From: Anaeromyxobacter sp.
Lineage (GTDB): Bacteria; Myxococcota; Myxococcia; Myxococcales; Anaeromyxobacteraceae
Assembly (NCBI GenBank): GCA_036390155.1
Contig: DASWCJ010000251.1
Coordinates: 1 to 58,990 of the forward strand
Length of the DNA stretch: 58,990 bases
Direction of reading: 5' to 3'
This document shows positions 20,557 to 29,188 of this stretch, piece by piece; the stretch's first letter is position 1; every line of letters begins with the position of its first letter. Under the pieces are notes generated by a model. It searched no databases, was not told where the DNA came from, and saw only the letters and a program-made list of their open reading frames with translations. The position numbers and the translations under genes are program-made.

Positions 20557-21720
20557 ATGTCGAACGCCGAATCCACCGGAGTTCTCACCGGCAGCCACTA
20601 CCTCGACGGCGACCACGCCTGCAGCGAGGGCGCCATCGCCGCCGGCTGCCGCTTCGCCTCGGGCTACCCCATCACGCCGTCGACCGAGGTCGTCGAGCGG
20701 CTCTCGCAGCGCTTCCCGCAGTGCGGCGGGCGCTTCCAGCAGTTCGAGGACGAGCTCGCCGCGTCCATCGCGCTCCAGGGCGCGACCTGGGGCGGCGCGA
20801 AGACGATCACCGTCACCTCGGGCCCGGGCTTCTCGCTCATGATGGAGCACATCGGCCTCGCGGCGATCACCGAGACGCCCTGCGTCTTCGTGAACGTGCA
20901 GCGCGCCGGCCCGTCCACCGGCCTCCCGACGCAGCCGGCGCAGGGCGACATGATGCAGGCGCGGTTCGGCTCGCACGGCGACTACCGCCTCATCACCGTC
21001 TGCCCGAACTCCCCGCAGGAGTCGTTCGACCTCACGGTCGAGGCGTTCAACATGGCGGAGGAGTACCGCGTCCCGGTCATCGTGATGCTCGACGAGGTCG
21101 TCGGCCACATGACGGAGAAGGTGGTCATTCCGCCGGCCGACAAGATCAAGGTCACCGAGCGCCGCTGGACCTCGAAGAAGCCGCGCGAGTACAAGCCGTT
21201 CGAGTGCCCCCCGGGCTCGCTCGTTCCGGAGATGGTGAAGGCGGGCGACGGGTACCGGATCCACGTCACGGGCCTGACCCACGACGATCGCGGCTATCCT
21301 GCCATGACGATCCCGGCGCACGAGAAGATGCAGGTGCGCCTCTTCGACAAGATCCTGAAGAACGTCGACAAGATCGTCCGCTTCGAGGCGTCGGACCTCG
21401 ACAACGCCGAGGTGGTGGTCGTCTCGTACGGCATCACCTCCCGCGTCGCGCAGAAGGCGATCCAGCAGGCGAAGGACCAGGGCATCCGCGTCGGGTCGTT
21501 CCGCCTCATCACGGCGTGGCCCTTCCCCGAGAAGCAGATCATCGAGCTCTCGAAGAAGGTGAAGGCGTTCGTCGTCCCGGAGCTGAACCTCGGGCAGATG
21601 GTGCTCGAGGTCGAGCGTCTCGCGGCCGGCCGCTGCCGCACGATCCCGGTCCCGCACGTCGGCGGGACCGTCCACGACCCCAGCGAAATCCTCAAGAAGA
21701 TCCAGGAGGCGGTTCGATGA
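20557..21720 (+). CDS. 2-oxoacid:acceptor oxidoreductase alpha subunit (OorA-like)
   Basis: GYPITPSTE, EDELAAS, TSGPGFSLM, QRAGPSTGLPT. Confidence 0.92.
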   Translation: MSNAESTGVLTGSHYLDGDHACSEGAIAAGCRFASGYPITPSTEVVERLSQRFPQCGGRFQQFEDELAASIALQGATWGGAKTITVTSGPGFSLMMEHIGLAAITETPCVFVNVQRAGPSTGLPTQPAQGDMMQARFGSHGDYRLITVCPNSPQESFDLTVEAFNMAEEYRVPVIVMLDEVVGHMTEKVVIPPADKIKVTERRWTSKKPREYKPFECPPGSLVPEMVKAGDGYRIHVTGLTHDDRGYPAMTIPAHEKMQVRLFDKILKNVDKIVRFEASDLDNAEVVVVSYGITSRVAQKAIQQAKDQGIRVGSFRLITAWPFPEKQIIELSKKVKAFVVPELNLGQMVLEVERLAAGRCRTIPVPHVGGTVHDPSEILKKIQEAVR

Positions 21721-22592
21721 CCACCGTCCGTGAGAATCCGGTCGACAAGTACCTGCGCACGGAGCGCATGCCGTCCATCTGGTGCCCGGGCTGCGGCATC
21801 GGCACGACGGTGAACTGCTTCGCGCGCGCCCTCGACGGCTCCGGCTTCGACCTCGACAAGGTCGCGATCGTCTCCGGCATCGGCTGCACCGGCCGCGTGG
21901 CGGGGTACATGGACCTCGACTCGTTCCACACCACCCACGGCCGCGCGATCCCGTTCGCGACCGGCCTCAAGCTCGCGAACCCCGAGCTGAAGGTGGTGGT
22001 CTACTCCGGCGACGGCGATCTCTCCGCCATCGGCGGCAACCACCTCTTCCACGCGGCCCGCCGCAACGCCGACCTCCTCGTCGTCTGCGTGAACAACTTC
22101 ACGTACGGCATGACGGGCGGCCAGGTGACCCCGACGACGCCGTACCCGGCGATCGCCTCCACCACGCCGTACGGCGCCTACGAGCAGACGTTCAACCTCC
22201 CCGGCATCGTCGCCGCGGCGGGCGCTTCGTTCGTCGCGCGCTGGACCACCTACCACGTGAAGCAGCTCGCGAAGACGATGGGCGAGGCCCTCAACAGGAA
22301 GGGGTTCCGCTTCATCGAGATCATCGCGCCGTGCCCCACGCTGTACCTCCGCCGCAACCGGCTCGGGGAGGGGCTCGAGGAGATGAAGTTCTACCAGGAG
22401 AAGAGCGTCGTGAAGAACGGCGCGAACCCGGCCGAGGTCGGTCTCGACTACCGCGAGGAGATCATCGTGGGGAAGTTCGTCGACGCCGAGCGCCCCACGC
22501 TCGAGGAGTCGATGGAGAAGCGCATGACCGAGGCGCTCGGGTCGAAGTACGTTCCCTACAAGCAGCCCGGCAAGATGTCGCCGCGCGCCTAA
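21717..22592 (+). CDS. 2-oxoacid:acceptor oxidoreductase beta subunit (OorB-like)
   Basis: WCPGCGIG, SGIGCTGR, GDGD, YGMTGGQ; ATGA overlap. Confidence 0.92.
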   Translation: MTTVRENPVDKYLRTERMPSIWCPGCGIGTTVNCFARALDGSGFDLDKVAIVSGIGCTGRVAGYMDLDSFHTTHGRAIPFATGLKLANPELKVVVYSGDGDLSAIGGNHLFHAARRNADLLVVCVNNFTYGMTGGQVTPTTPYPAIASTTPYGAYEQTFNLPGIVAAAGASFVARWTTYHVKQLAKTMGEALNRKGFRFIEIIAPCPTLYLRRNRLGEGLEEMKFYQEKSVVKNGANPAEVGLDYREEIIVGKFVDAERPTLEESMEKRMTEALGSKYVPYKQPGKMSPRA

Positions 22593-22612
22593 GCACGAAG
22601 GAGACCACGAAT

Positions 22613-23164
22613 ATGGGTCCCACGGAGATCAAGGTCGGCGGCCTCGGCGGCCAGGGCGTCATCCTCGGCGGCATCATCATCGGGAAGGCCGCGGCGCTGT
22701 TCGACGGCAAGCACTCCTGCCTCACGCAGGCGTTCGGGCCGGAGGCGCGCGGCTCGGCGTGCAGCGCGCAGGTGGTGGTCGACAAGGACCCCATCCTGTA
22801 CCCGTACGTCCACAACCCGCACATCATGGTCGCGATGTCGCAGGACGCGTTCAAGAAGTTCTCCCCCGAGCTCCGCAAGGACGGCATCCTCCTCATCGAG
22901 GAGGATCTCGTGAAGCCGGAGGGGCTCCCGCCGACGGTGAAGGTGTACGCCGTCCCGGCGACGCGAATCGCCGAGGAGCTCGGCCGGAAGATGGTCCTCA
23001 ACATCGTGATGGTCGGCTTCTTCACCGCCATCACCGGGGTCATCGGGGAGAAGGCCGCCAAGGAGTCGGTGGCGGACTCCGTCCCGCCGACCACGATCGA
23101 CCTCAACATGAAGGCGTTCGATCGCGGCTTCGCGTACGGCAAGAAGCTCCTCGCGAAGAACTAA
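22613..23164 (+). CDS. 2-oxoacid:acceptor oxidoreductase gamma subunit (OorC-like)
   Basis: GLGGQGVIL, FGPEARG, NIVMVG, NMKAFDRG. Confidence 0.92.
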   Translation: MGPTEIKVGGLGGQGVILGGIIIGKAAALFDGKHSCLTQAFGPEARGSACSAQVVVDKDPILYPYVHNPHIMVAMSQDAFKKFSPELRKDGILLIEEDLVKPEGLPPTVKVYAVPATRIAEELGRKMVLNIVMVGFFTAITGVIGEKAAKESVADSVPPTTIDLNMKAFDRGFAYGKKLLAKN

Positions 23165-23185
23165 GAAGAGCTCGAGAGATGGGCA

Positions 23186-23227
23186 CGACGCGCCGCCGGG
23201 AGATTCCGGCGGCGCGTTGCTTTTTTT
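23186..23227 (+). terminator. intrinsic terminator
   Basis: 15-bp stem CGACGCGCCGCCGGG/TCCGGCGGCGCGTTG followed by a T7 tract. Confidence 0.88.
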
Positions 23228-23228
23228 C

Positions 23229-23990
23229 TCACTCGCACGCCCGCGCGCCGCGCAGGCTCTTCTGGCAGGCCGCGGACCCGGGGGCGAGCGCGAGGCACCG
23301 CTCGCAGGCGCGCGCGCCCTCCGCACAGCGCCCGAGCCGCACCAGCGAGACGCAGAGCCCGTGCCAGGCCTCGTGCGAGGTGGGCGCGAGCTCCGCGGCG
23401 CGCCGGTACCCGCGCTCGGCCGCGACCCAGCGCCCGTCCGCGTAGTCGAGGAAGGCGAGGTCGTGGTGGGCCGCCGCGCGGCCCGGATCGCCCTCGAGCA
23501 GGTGGAGCAGCTCCCGCCGCGCCCGCGCCCACGACGCGCGGCGCGCCTCGGGGGAGGCGACCCCGCGCGCCACGAGCGCGCGCGCGAGGTTCTGCCGCGC
23601 GTCGCCGAGGTCGGGGTCGATCCCGAGCGCGGCGCGGAGCTCCGCCTCGGCCGCGTCGGGGCGCTCCATCGACAGCAGGGTCTCGCCGAGGTTCGCGTGC
23701 CCCTCCGCGAACGCCGGCGCGACGCGCACCGCGCGCTCGAAGCAGGCCCGGGCCCGAGGGAGGTCGCCGCGCGTGCGCGCCACGACGCCGAGGCCGTTCA
23801 GCCCCTCCGGCAGATCGGGCCGGAACGCGAGCGCGTGCTCGAACGCGACCTCCGCGCGCTCCGCGTCGCCCGTCTCGAGCCACGACCAGCCTCGCGCCAC
23901 CTCCTCGGCGGCGCGCGGGTGAACGCGGGCCGGACCGGCACAGGCGCATAGGAGGAAGGGGAGGGTGATGGCGATGAGGAAGATCTTCAT
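23229..23990 (-). CDS. TPR-repeat lipoprotein
   Basis: Signal peptide with lipobox-like LCAC; TPR motifs (EGLNGLG, EGHANLG, ARQNLA). Confidence 0.8.
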   Translation of the reverse strand: MKIFLIAITLPFLLCACAGPARVHPRAAEEVARGWSWLETGDAERAEVAFEHALAFRPDLPEGLNGLGVVARTRGDLPRARACFERAVRVAPAFAEGHANLGETLLSMERPDAAEAELRAALGIDPDLGDARQNLARALVARGVASPEARRASWARARRELLHLLEGDPGRAAAHHDLAFLDYADGRWVAAERGYRRAAELAPTSHEAWHGLCVSLVRLGRCAEGARACERCLALAPGSAACQKSLRGARACE

Positions 23991-24019
23991 GCGCCCGCTT
24001 CTTGCTCCGGTCGTGCCGC

Positions 24020-24517
24020 ATGACCCTCCACCGGATCGCCGCCGCCGCCCTCGCGCTCGCCGCCGCCTCGCCCGCGGCCGCGCAGCTCTCGAACCGCTCG
24101 ATCGCCCTGGAATCGGGGATCTCCACGCCGTTCCGCGCGGGCGAGGGGGTCATGGGCGGCCTCGCCCTGGTCGCCACGACCTGGCTCGACGGCGACCTCG
24201 AGGGCGTCGCGCGCGTCGCCTTCGGGGCCGGAGCGCGGACCGATGGACGCGCCTCGGCCGGCGACGCGTGGACCGGGACCGCCGGCGTCCGGCTCTCCCT
24301 CGCCCCGGAGCCGCTGCGCCCCCAGGTGTCGCTCGAGCTCGGCTGGCGGCGGTGGGCGGGCCCGGACGGCGTCACGGGCGCCCTCGCGCTCGGCGCGGGG
24401 CTCGGACTCGAGTGGTTCGTGGCGCGCGACCTGTCGCTCGCCCTGCGCTGCGCGGTCCGGGGCGCGGGCGGGACGCCCGAGCTCGAGGTCTCGCTCGGCG
24501 CCGCCGCCTACTTCTGA
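24020..24517 (+). CDS. putative small outer-membrane beta-barrel protein
   Basis: Signal peptide (AAAQ), alternating strands (GAGLGLEWF), terminal Phe. Confidence 0.65.
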   Translation: MTLHRIAAAALALAAASPAAAQLSNRSIALESGISTPFRAGEGVMGGLALVATTWLDGDLEGVARVAFGAGARTDGRASAGDAWTGTAGVRLSLAPEPLRPQVSLELGWRRWAGPDGVTGALALGAGLGLEWFVARDLSLALRCAVRGAGGTPELEVSLGAAAYF

Positions 24518-25167
24518 GCGGGCGCGGCGGCGGGGGAGGGAGCGGGCGTCGCGGCCTGGGCCGGCGCCGCCGCCGGCTCCGCGCCGCCCGGACCCTTGCG
24601 CGCCTCCCAGCGATCGACCTGGCCGTCGCCGTCGGTGTCGTAGCCGATCCGGTCGATCTCGCCGTTCTCCCAGTACTCCCAGACGTCGACCTGGCCGTCG
24701 CCGTTCGTGTCCCGCTCCTTCCGGACGAGCTTGCCCTTCTCGTAGAAGTAGGTGGTGCGCGGGACGCCGTCGAAGCCGAACGCCAGCTCCTTCTTCACGA
24801 GCTGGTCCTTCTCGTAATAGAGCGTGACGTCCGGCTTGCCGTCGAAGTCGAGATCGTAGACGACGCGCACGAGCGCGCCGTCCGGCGCGTACTTCTCCCA
24901 GGTGTCGATCTTCCCGTCGCCGTTCAGGTCCTTCTCCTTGCGGAGCAGGGTCTCCTTCCCGGCCGCGTCCTTCAGCGAGTACTTCCAGACGTCCGGCTTG
25001 CCGTCGTGCGTCAGGTCGTACTCGGTCAGGATCTCGTTCGGCACCTTCTCGAAGCCGGGGGGCGTGCGGACCTCGGCGGCGAGCGCCGCCGCGTCCTTCG
25101 CGGGCTTGGGCGCGGTCGCGCAGGAGACCGCCGCGAAGCCGGCGAGGAGGGGCAGGAGTCGGCGCAT
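24508..25167 (-). CDS. lipoprotein with DxxxDG (Ca-binding-like) repeats
   Basis: Lipobox-like AVSC; five D-x-x-x-DG-x-x-D repeats such as DLNGDGKID and DTNGDGQVD. Confidence 0.8.
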   Translation of the reverse strand: MRRLLPLLAGFAAVSCATAPKPAKDAAALAAEVRTPPGFEKVPNEILTEYDLTHDGKPDVWKYSLKDAAGKETLLRKEKDLNGDGKIDTWEKYAPDGALVRVVYDLDFDGKPDVTLYYEKDQLVKKELAFGFDGVPRTTYFYEKGKLVRKERDTNGDGQVDVWEYWENGEIDRIGYDTDGDGQVDRWEARKGPGGAEPAAAPAQAATPAPSPAAAPAQK

Positions 25168-25239
25168 GAGGTTCTCCGGGCGGGGCGTCGGATTGTAGCC
25201 GCCCCCCTCCGGGCCGCTCAAGGACGCGCGTGGCGATAT

Positions 25240-25268
25240 TTGACTATATACGACCCCTCACCTAGCTT
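25240..25268 (+). promoter_or_regulatory. sigma70-type promoter
   Basis: TTGACT, 17 nt spacer, TAGCTT upstream of the RHH gene. Confidence 0.6.
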
Positions 25269-25283
25269 CGTTCGGGAAGCCAC

Positions 25284-25475
25284 ATGGCCCGGAAGAAGAT
25301 CTCCACCACCGTCTACATCACCCCCGAGCAGAGCGAGCGACTCAAGCTCCTGCACGACCGGACGCGCGTCCCGGTCGCGGAATACATCCGCCAGGGCATC
25401 GACATGGTCCTCGATCATTATCGAGGAAACCTGCCCGGCCAGCTTTCGCTAGATGACCTCGGGTCGAAGAAGTAG
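25284..25475 (+). CDS. ribbon-helix-helix DNA-binding protein
   Basis: Strand ISTTVYIT, helix, then VPVAEYIRQGID helix; 63 aa. Confidence 0.8.
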   Translation: MARKKISTTVYITPEQSERLKLLHDRTRVPVAEYIRQGIDMVLDHYRGNLPGQLSLDDLGSKK

Positions 25476-25490
25476 ATTCCCTCGGCAAAC

Positions 25491-26429
25491 ATGACCACAC
25501 AGCGAGCCGTCATCCTCGGCGCGGCCGGATTCATCGGCAGCCACCTCGTGGACCGCTTTCTCGCGGAGGGGTGGCGCGTCACCGGCGTCGACAACCTCAT
25601 CACCGGGACGCTGCGGAACCTCGACCATCTGAAGTCCGAGCCCCGCTTCGACTTCGTCCAGGCGGACATCTGCGCGCCGCTCGAGCTCCCCGGGGCGATC
25701 CACGCGGTGCTCGACTTCGCGTCGCCGGCCTCGCCCATCGACTACCTCGAGCACCCGTTCGAGACGCTCCACGTCGGCTCGATCGGCGTCGAGAACGCGC
25801 TGCGCCTCGCGAAGCGCGCCGGCGCGCCGTTCCTGCTCTCGTCCACCAGCGAGGTGTACGGCGATCCGCTCGAGCACCCGCAGCGCGAGTCGTACTGGGG
25901 CAACGTGAACCCCATCGGCCCGCGGGCGGTCTACGACGAGGCGAAGCGCTTCGCCGAGGCCATCACCATGGCCTACCGGCGGTACGAGCGCGTGGACGTC
26001 CGGATCGCGCGCATCTTCAACACCTACGGCCCCCGGATGCGGCTCGACGACGGGCGGGTGGTCCCGGCCTTCGTCGCCCAGGCGCTGCGCGGCGAGCCGA
26101 TCACGATGTTCGGCGACGGCTCGCAGACCCGCTCCTTCTGCTACGTCGACGACAACGTCGAGGGCATCTGGCGGCTGCTCCGGTCCGGCTATTCCGATCC
26201 CGTGAACATCGGCAATCCGCAGGAGCTCTCGATCCGGCAGTTCGCCGAGGCGGTCCAGCGGCTCGTGGGATCGAGCGTTCCCGTCGTCTCGAAGCCGCTC
26301 CCGGAGGACGATCCGAAGGTCCGCCGCCCCGACATCGCCCGCGCGAAGGAGGTGCTCGGGTGGGAGCCGAAGGTCGGCTTCGACGACGGGATGCGCCGGA
26401 CGATCGCCTGGTTTCGCGAGCGGATCTAG
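25491..26429 (+). CDS. UDP-glucuronate decarboxylase family
   Basis: [41 protein letters not shown]. Confidence 0.92.
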   Translation: MTTQRAVILGAAGFIGSHLVDRFLAEGWRVTGVDNLITGTLRNLDHLKSEPRFDFVQADICAPLELPGAIHAVLDFASPASPIDYLEHPFETLHVGSIGVENALRLAKRAGAPFLLSSTSEVYGDPLEHPQRESYWGNVNPIGPRAVYDEAKRFAEAITMAYRRYERVDVRIARIFNTYGPRMRLDDGRVVPAFVAQALRGEPITMFGDGSQTRSFCYVDDNVEGIWRLLRSGYSDPVNIGNPQELSIRQFAEAVQRLVGSSVPVVSKPLPEDDPKVRRPDIARAKEVLGWEPKVGFDDGMRRTIAWFRERI

Positions 26430-26450
26430 CGAACGTACCTCGGAGGCGAC

Positions 26451-27383
26451 GTGGCGAAGCGGATCCTCATCACCGGCGGCGCCGGATTCATCGGCTCGAC
26501 GATCGCCGACCTCTTCCTGCAGGCGGGCTGGGACGTCGCGATCCTCGACGACCTCTCCACGGGAAAGCGCGAGAACGTCCCCGCGGGCGCGCGCTTCTAC
26601 CCGGTGGACGTCCGGAGCGCCGCCGCGCACGAGGTCGTCGCGAAGGAGCGGCCCCAGGTCCTCTGCCATCAGGCGGCGCAGATCGACGTCCGCCGCTCGA
26701 TGGCGGATCCCCGCCACGACGCGGACGTGAACGTCGGCGGGCTCCTCAACCTCATGCAGGCGGCGGTGGCGGCGGGCTCGGTCGAGCACGTCCTCTTCGC
26801 GTCGTCCGGCGGCGCGACCTACGGCGACACCGAGGTGATCCCGACCCCCGAGTCGCACCCGCAGCGGCCCGTGTCGCACTACGGCGCCGCGAAGGCCTCG
26901 TCCGAGCTCTACCTCGGCGTGTACCGCGCGAACTTCGGGATCCCCTCGACGTCGCTGCGGTACGCGAACGTCTACGGCCCGCGCCAGGATCCCCACGGCG
27001 AGGCCGGGGTGGTGGCGATCTTCTGCGGGCGGCTCCTCGACCGGAAGCCCTGCACGATCTACGGCGACGGGAAGCAGACCCGTGACTACGTGTTCGCCGG
27101 CGACGTCGCGCGCGCGAACCTCCTCGCGGCCGAGAAGCGCTTCGACGGCGCGCTCAACGTCGGCACCGGGATCGAGACGGACGTGGTGCAGATCCATGCG
27201 CACCTCGCGCGCGCGGCCGGCGTCGAGCGGCCGCCGGAGCACGCGCCGGGGCGGCTCGGCGAGCAGCGCCGGTCCTGCATCGACGCCTCCGCCGCTGCGA
27301 AGGTCATCGGGTGGCGCCCCGAGGTCGCGCTCGCCGAAGGGCTCGCGCGCACGCTCGAGTGGTTCAGGGCTCGCCGCGGCTGA
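26451..27383 (+). CDS. NAD-dependent epimerase/dehydratase (UDP-glucose 4-epimerase-like)
   Basis: TGGAGFIGS, SSGGATYG, YGAAK, RYANVYGPRQDP. Confidence 0.9.
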   Translation: MAKRILITGGAGFIGSTIADLFLQAGWDVAILDDLSTGKRENVPAGARFYPVDVRSAAAHEVVAKERPQVLCHQAAQIDVRRSMADPRHDADVNVGGLLNLMQAAVAAGSVEHVLFASSGGATYGDTEVIPTPESHPQRPVSHYGAAKASSELYLGVYRANFGIPSTSLRYANVYGPRQDPHGEAGVVAIFCGRLLDRKPCTIYGDGKQTRDYVFAGDVARANLLAAEKRFDGALNVGTGIETDVVQIHAHLARAAGVERPPEHAPGRLGEQRRSCIDASAAAKVIGWRPEVALAEGLARTLEWFRARRG

Positions 27384-28293
27384 CCGCGGGGACGGGCGCG
27401 GCGGGCGGGTCCCCCTCGGCCCGAGCCGCGGTCGAGGGCTCGGTCGGGGGGGTCGGGGTCGGCTCGCCCGGCGCGTCCTCGTCGGGCGGCGGCTCCTCCC
27501 GGTCGTCCGCCGGCGCCGGGCCCGCGAGGATCCGGTCGAGCGCCGCGCTCGCGGCGAGGTGCTCCTCGATCGAGATCCGGCCCGCGTCACGGAGGCGGTC
27601 GAGGAGCCGCCGCGAGCGGTCCCGGAGCCAAGCCGAGGGGCGGGCGAGGTCCGCCCGGCGCGGGGCCGGCAGCATGGACGCGAGCACCACCGCCTGCGCC
27701 GTCGAGAGGTCCGCGGCGCCCACGCCGAACCGCTGGCGGGCCCCCGCCTCGGCGCCGAACACCCCGTCCCCGAGCTCGACGACGTTCAGGTAGATCGCGA
27801 GGATGCGCCGCTTCGAGAGCGCGCGCTCGAGCTTGGCCGCGAGCACGGCCTCCTGCGCCTTGCGCCACAGGCTCTTGTGCGTGCCGAGCCAGAGGTTCTT
27901 CGCGAGCTGCTGCGTGATGGTCGAGGCGCCGCGGGCGAACCGGCGCACCTTCAGGTCGTGGTCCGCCGCGGCGCGCACCGCCGCCCAGTCGATGCCGTCG
28001 TGACCGAAGAAGTTCGCGTCCTCCGAGACGATCACCGCCTCGACGAGCCGCGGCGAGATCGCCTCGACGCGAACCCAGGTCTGGCGCGGCCGGAACGGCC
28101 GGTGCCTCTCCTTCGCCTCGGTCCGCCGCTGCTCGATGAGGGCGGTGGTCCGGGGCGTCTCGCGGGCGAGGGGCGCCGGGTCCGGGAGCGAGCGCCAGAG
28201 GCCCGCGACCCCGACGGCGGCGAGCGCCGCGGCACACCCGAGCGCGAGGAACCAGGGGAGGGCGCGGCGGAGCGTTGACCTTCTGCGTGCCAC
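27364..28293 (-). CDS. mtgA: monofunctional biosynthetic peptidoglycan transglycosylase
   Basis: SEDANFFGHDG, GASTITQQLAKNL, RKAQE, YLN; N-terminal TM helix; start GTG 28293 inferred. Confidence 0.88.
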   Translation of the reverse strand: MARRRSTLRRALPWFLALGCAAALAAVGVAGLWRSLPDPAPLARETPRTTALIEQRRTEAKERHRPFRPRQTWVRVEAISPRLVEAVIVSEDANFFGHDGIDWAAVRAAADHDLKVRRFARGASTITQQLAKNLWLGTHKSLWRKAQEAVLAAKLERALSKRRILAIYLNVVELGDGVFGAEAGARQRFGVGAADLSTAQAVVLASMLPAPRRADLARPSAWLRDRSRRLLDRLRDAGRISIEEHLAASAALDRILAGPAPADDREEPPPDEDAPGEPTPTPPTEPSTAARAEGDPPAAPVPAVSRGEP

Positions 28294-28338
28294 GCGCCGC
28301 AAGCTAGCATTGCTCCCCACGGAGGAGGCAAGGCGCAC

Positions 28339-28433
28339 CTCGACCACGACCACGTCCACGTCCACGTCCACGTCCACGTCCACGTCCACGTCCACGTCCA
28401 CGTCCACGTCCACGTCCACGTCCACGTCCAAGT
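28339..28433. repeat. hexamer tandem repeat (CACGTC)13, copy 2 of the element family
   Basis: 13 perfect units at 28351-28428, degenerate units on the left, ends in GTCCAAGT. Confidence 0.95.
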
Positions 28434-28493
28434 GAAACTGGACCTTTCCCCTCCGTGAATGCCCCGCCCCGCGCGGGGGCCCCGTTCGGCGCC

Positions 28494-28522
28494 TTGACGC
28501 TCCGTCCCCAGGTGAGTACGTC
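28494..28522 (+). promoter_or_regulatory. putative sod promoter
   Basis: TTGACG, 17 nt spacer, TACGTC. Confidence 0.45.
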
Positions 28523-28577
28523 CCGGGGGCACGCACCTTGAACAGCCGGGGGCCGTTCAGCCCCGCGGAGGGATTCC

Positions 28578-29183
28578 ATGGCCGACGTGAAGAAGTACAG
28601 CCCGCGCGACTACTCGAAGGTTCGGGGCCTGACCGGCATCTCGGACAAGCAGATCGAGGAGCACCTCAAGCTGTACGAGGGCTACGTGAAGCGCACGAAC
28701 GCGCTCACGGAGAAGCTGTTCGCGCTCTGCAACGACGGGAAGGCGTCGGGCGCGGATCCGGTCTACGCGGAGCTCACGCGCCGGCTCGGGTTCGAGTACA
28801 GCGGGATGGTGAACCACGAGTACTACTTCGAGAACCTCACCGGCGGCGCCCAGGCCGAGCCGCCTGCGGGCTCCAACTTCCGCAAGGCGGTGGAGGCGTC
28901 CTTCGGCAAGTACGACACCTGGCTCGCCGACTTCCGCGCGGTCGCGACCATGCCGGGCATCGGCTGGGCCATGACCTTCCAGGATCCGTCCAACGGGTGG
29001 CTCTCGAACCACTTCATCGGGCTCCACCAGGACAACGTGCCGGTCGGCTTCAAGCCGATCTTCGTGATGGACGGCTGGGAGCACGCGTTCATGCGCGACT
29101 ACCTCGCGACCGAGCGCGCGAAGTACCTCGACGCGTTCCTCAAGAACGTGAAGTGGGACGCGGTCGACGCCCGGCTGAAGTAG
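28578..29183 (+). CDS. Fe/Mn superoxide dismutase family protein
   Basis: EHLKLYEGYV, NHEYYF, GIGWA, DGWEHAF. Confidence 0.88.
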   Translation: MADVKKYSPRDYSKVRGLTGISDKQIEEHLKLYEGYVKRTNALTEKLFALCNDGKASGADPVYAELTRRLGFEYSGMVNHEYYFENLTGGAQAEPPAGSNFRKAVEASFGKYDTWLADFRAVATMPGIGWAMTFQDPSNGWLSNHFIGLHQDNVPVGFKPIFVMDGWEHAFMRDYLATERAKYLDAFLKNVKWDAVDARLK

Positions 29184-29188
29184 CCGGC

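Noticed and set aside
25284..25475. Naming the RHH protein as the c-di-GMP-binding nucleoid protein CdbA
   Set aside because: Only the fold class is shared; the sequence does not match my recollection of CdbA, so no symbol was assigned.
28339..28433. Repeat tracts as a CRISPR array
   Set aside because: Contiguous 6-bp units with no unique spacers and no cas genes.
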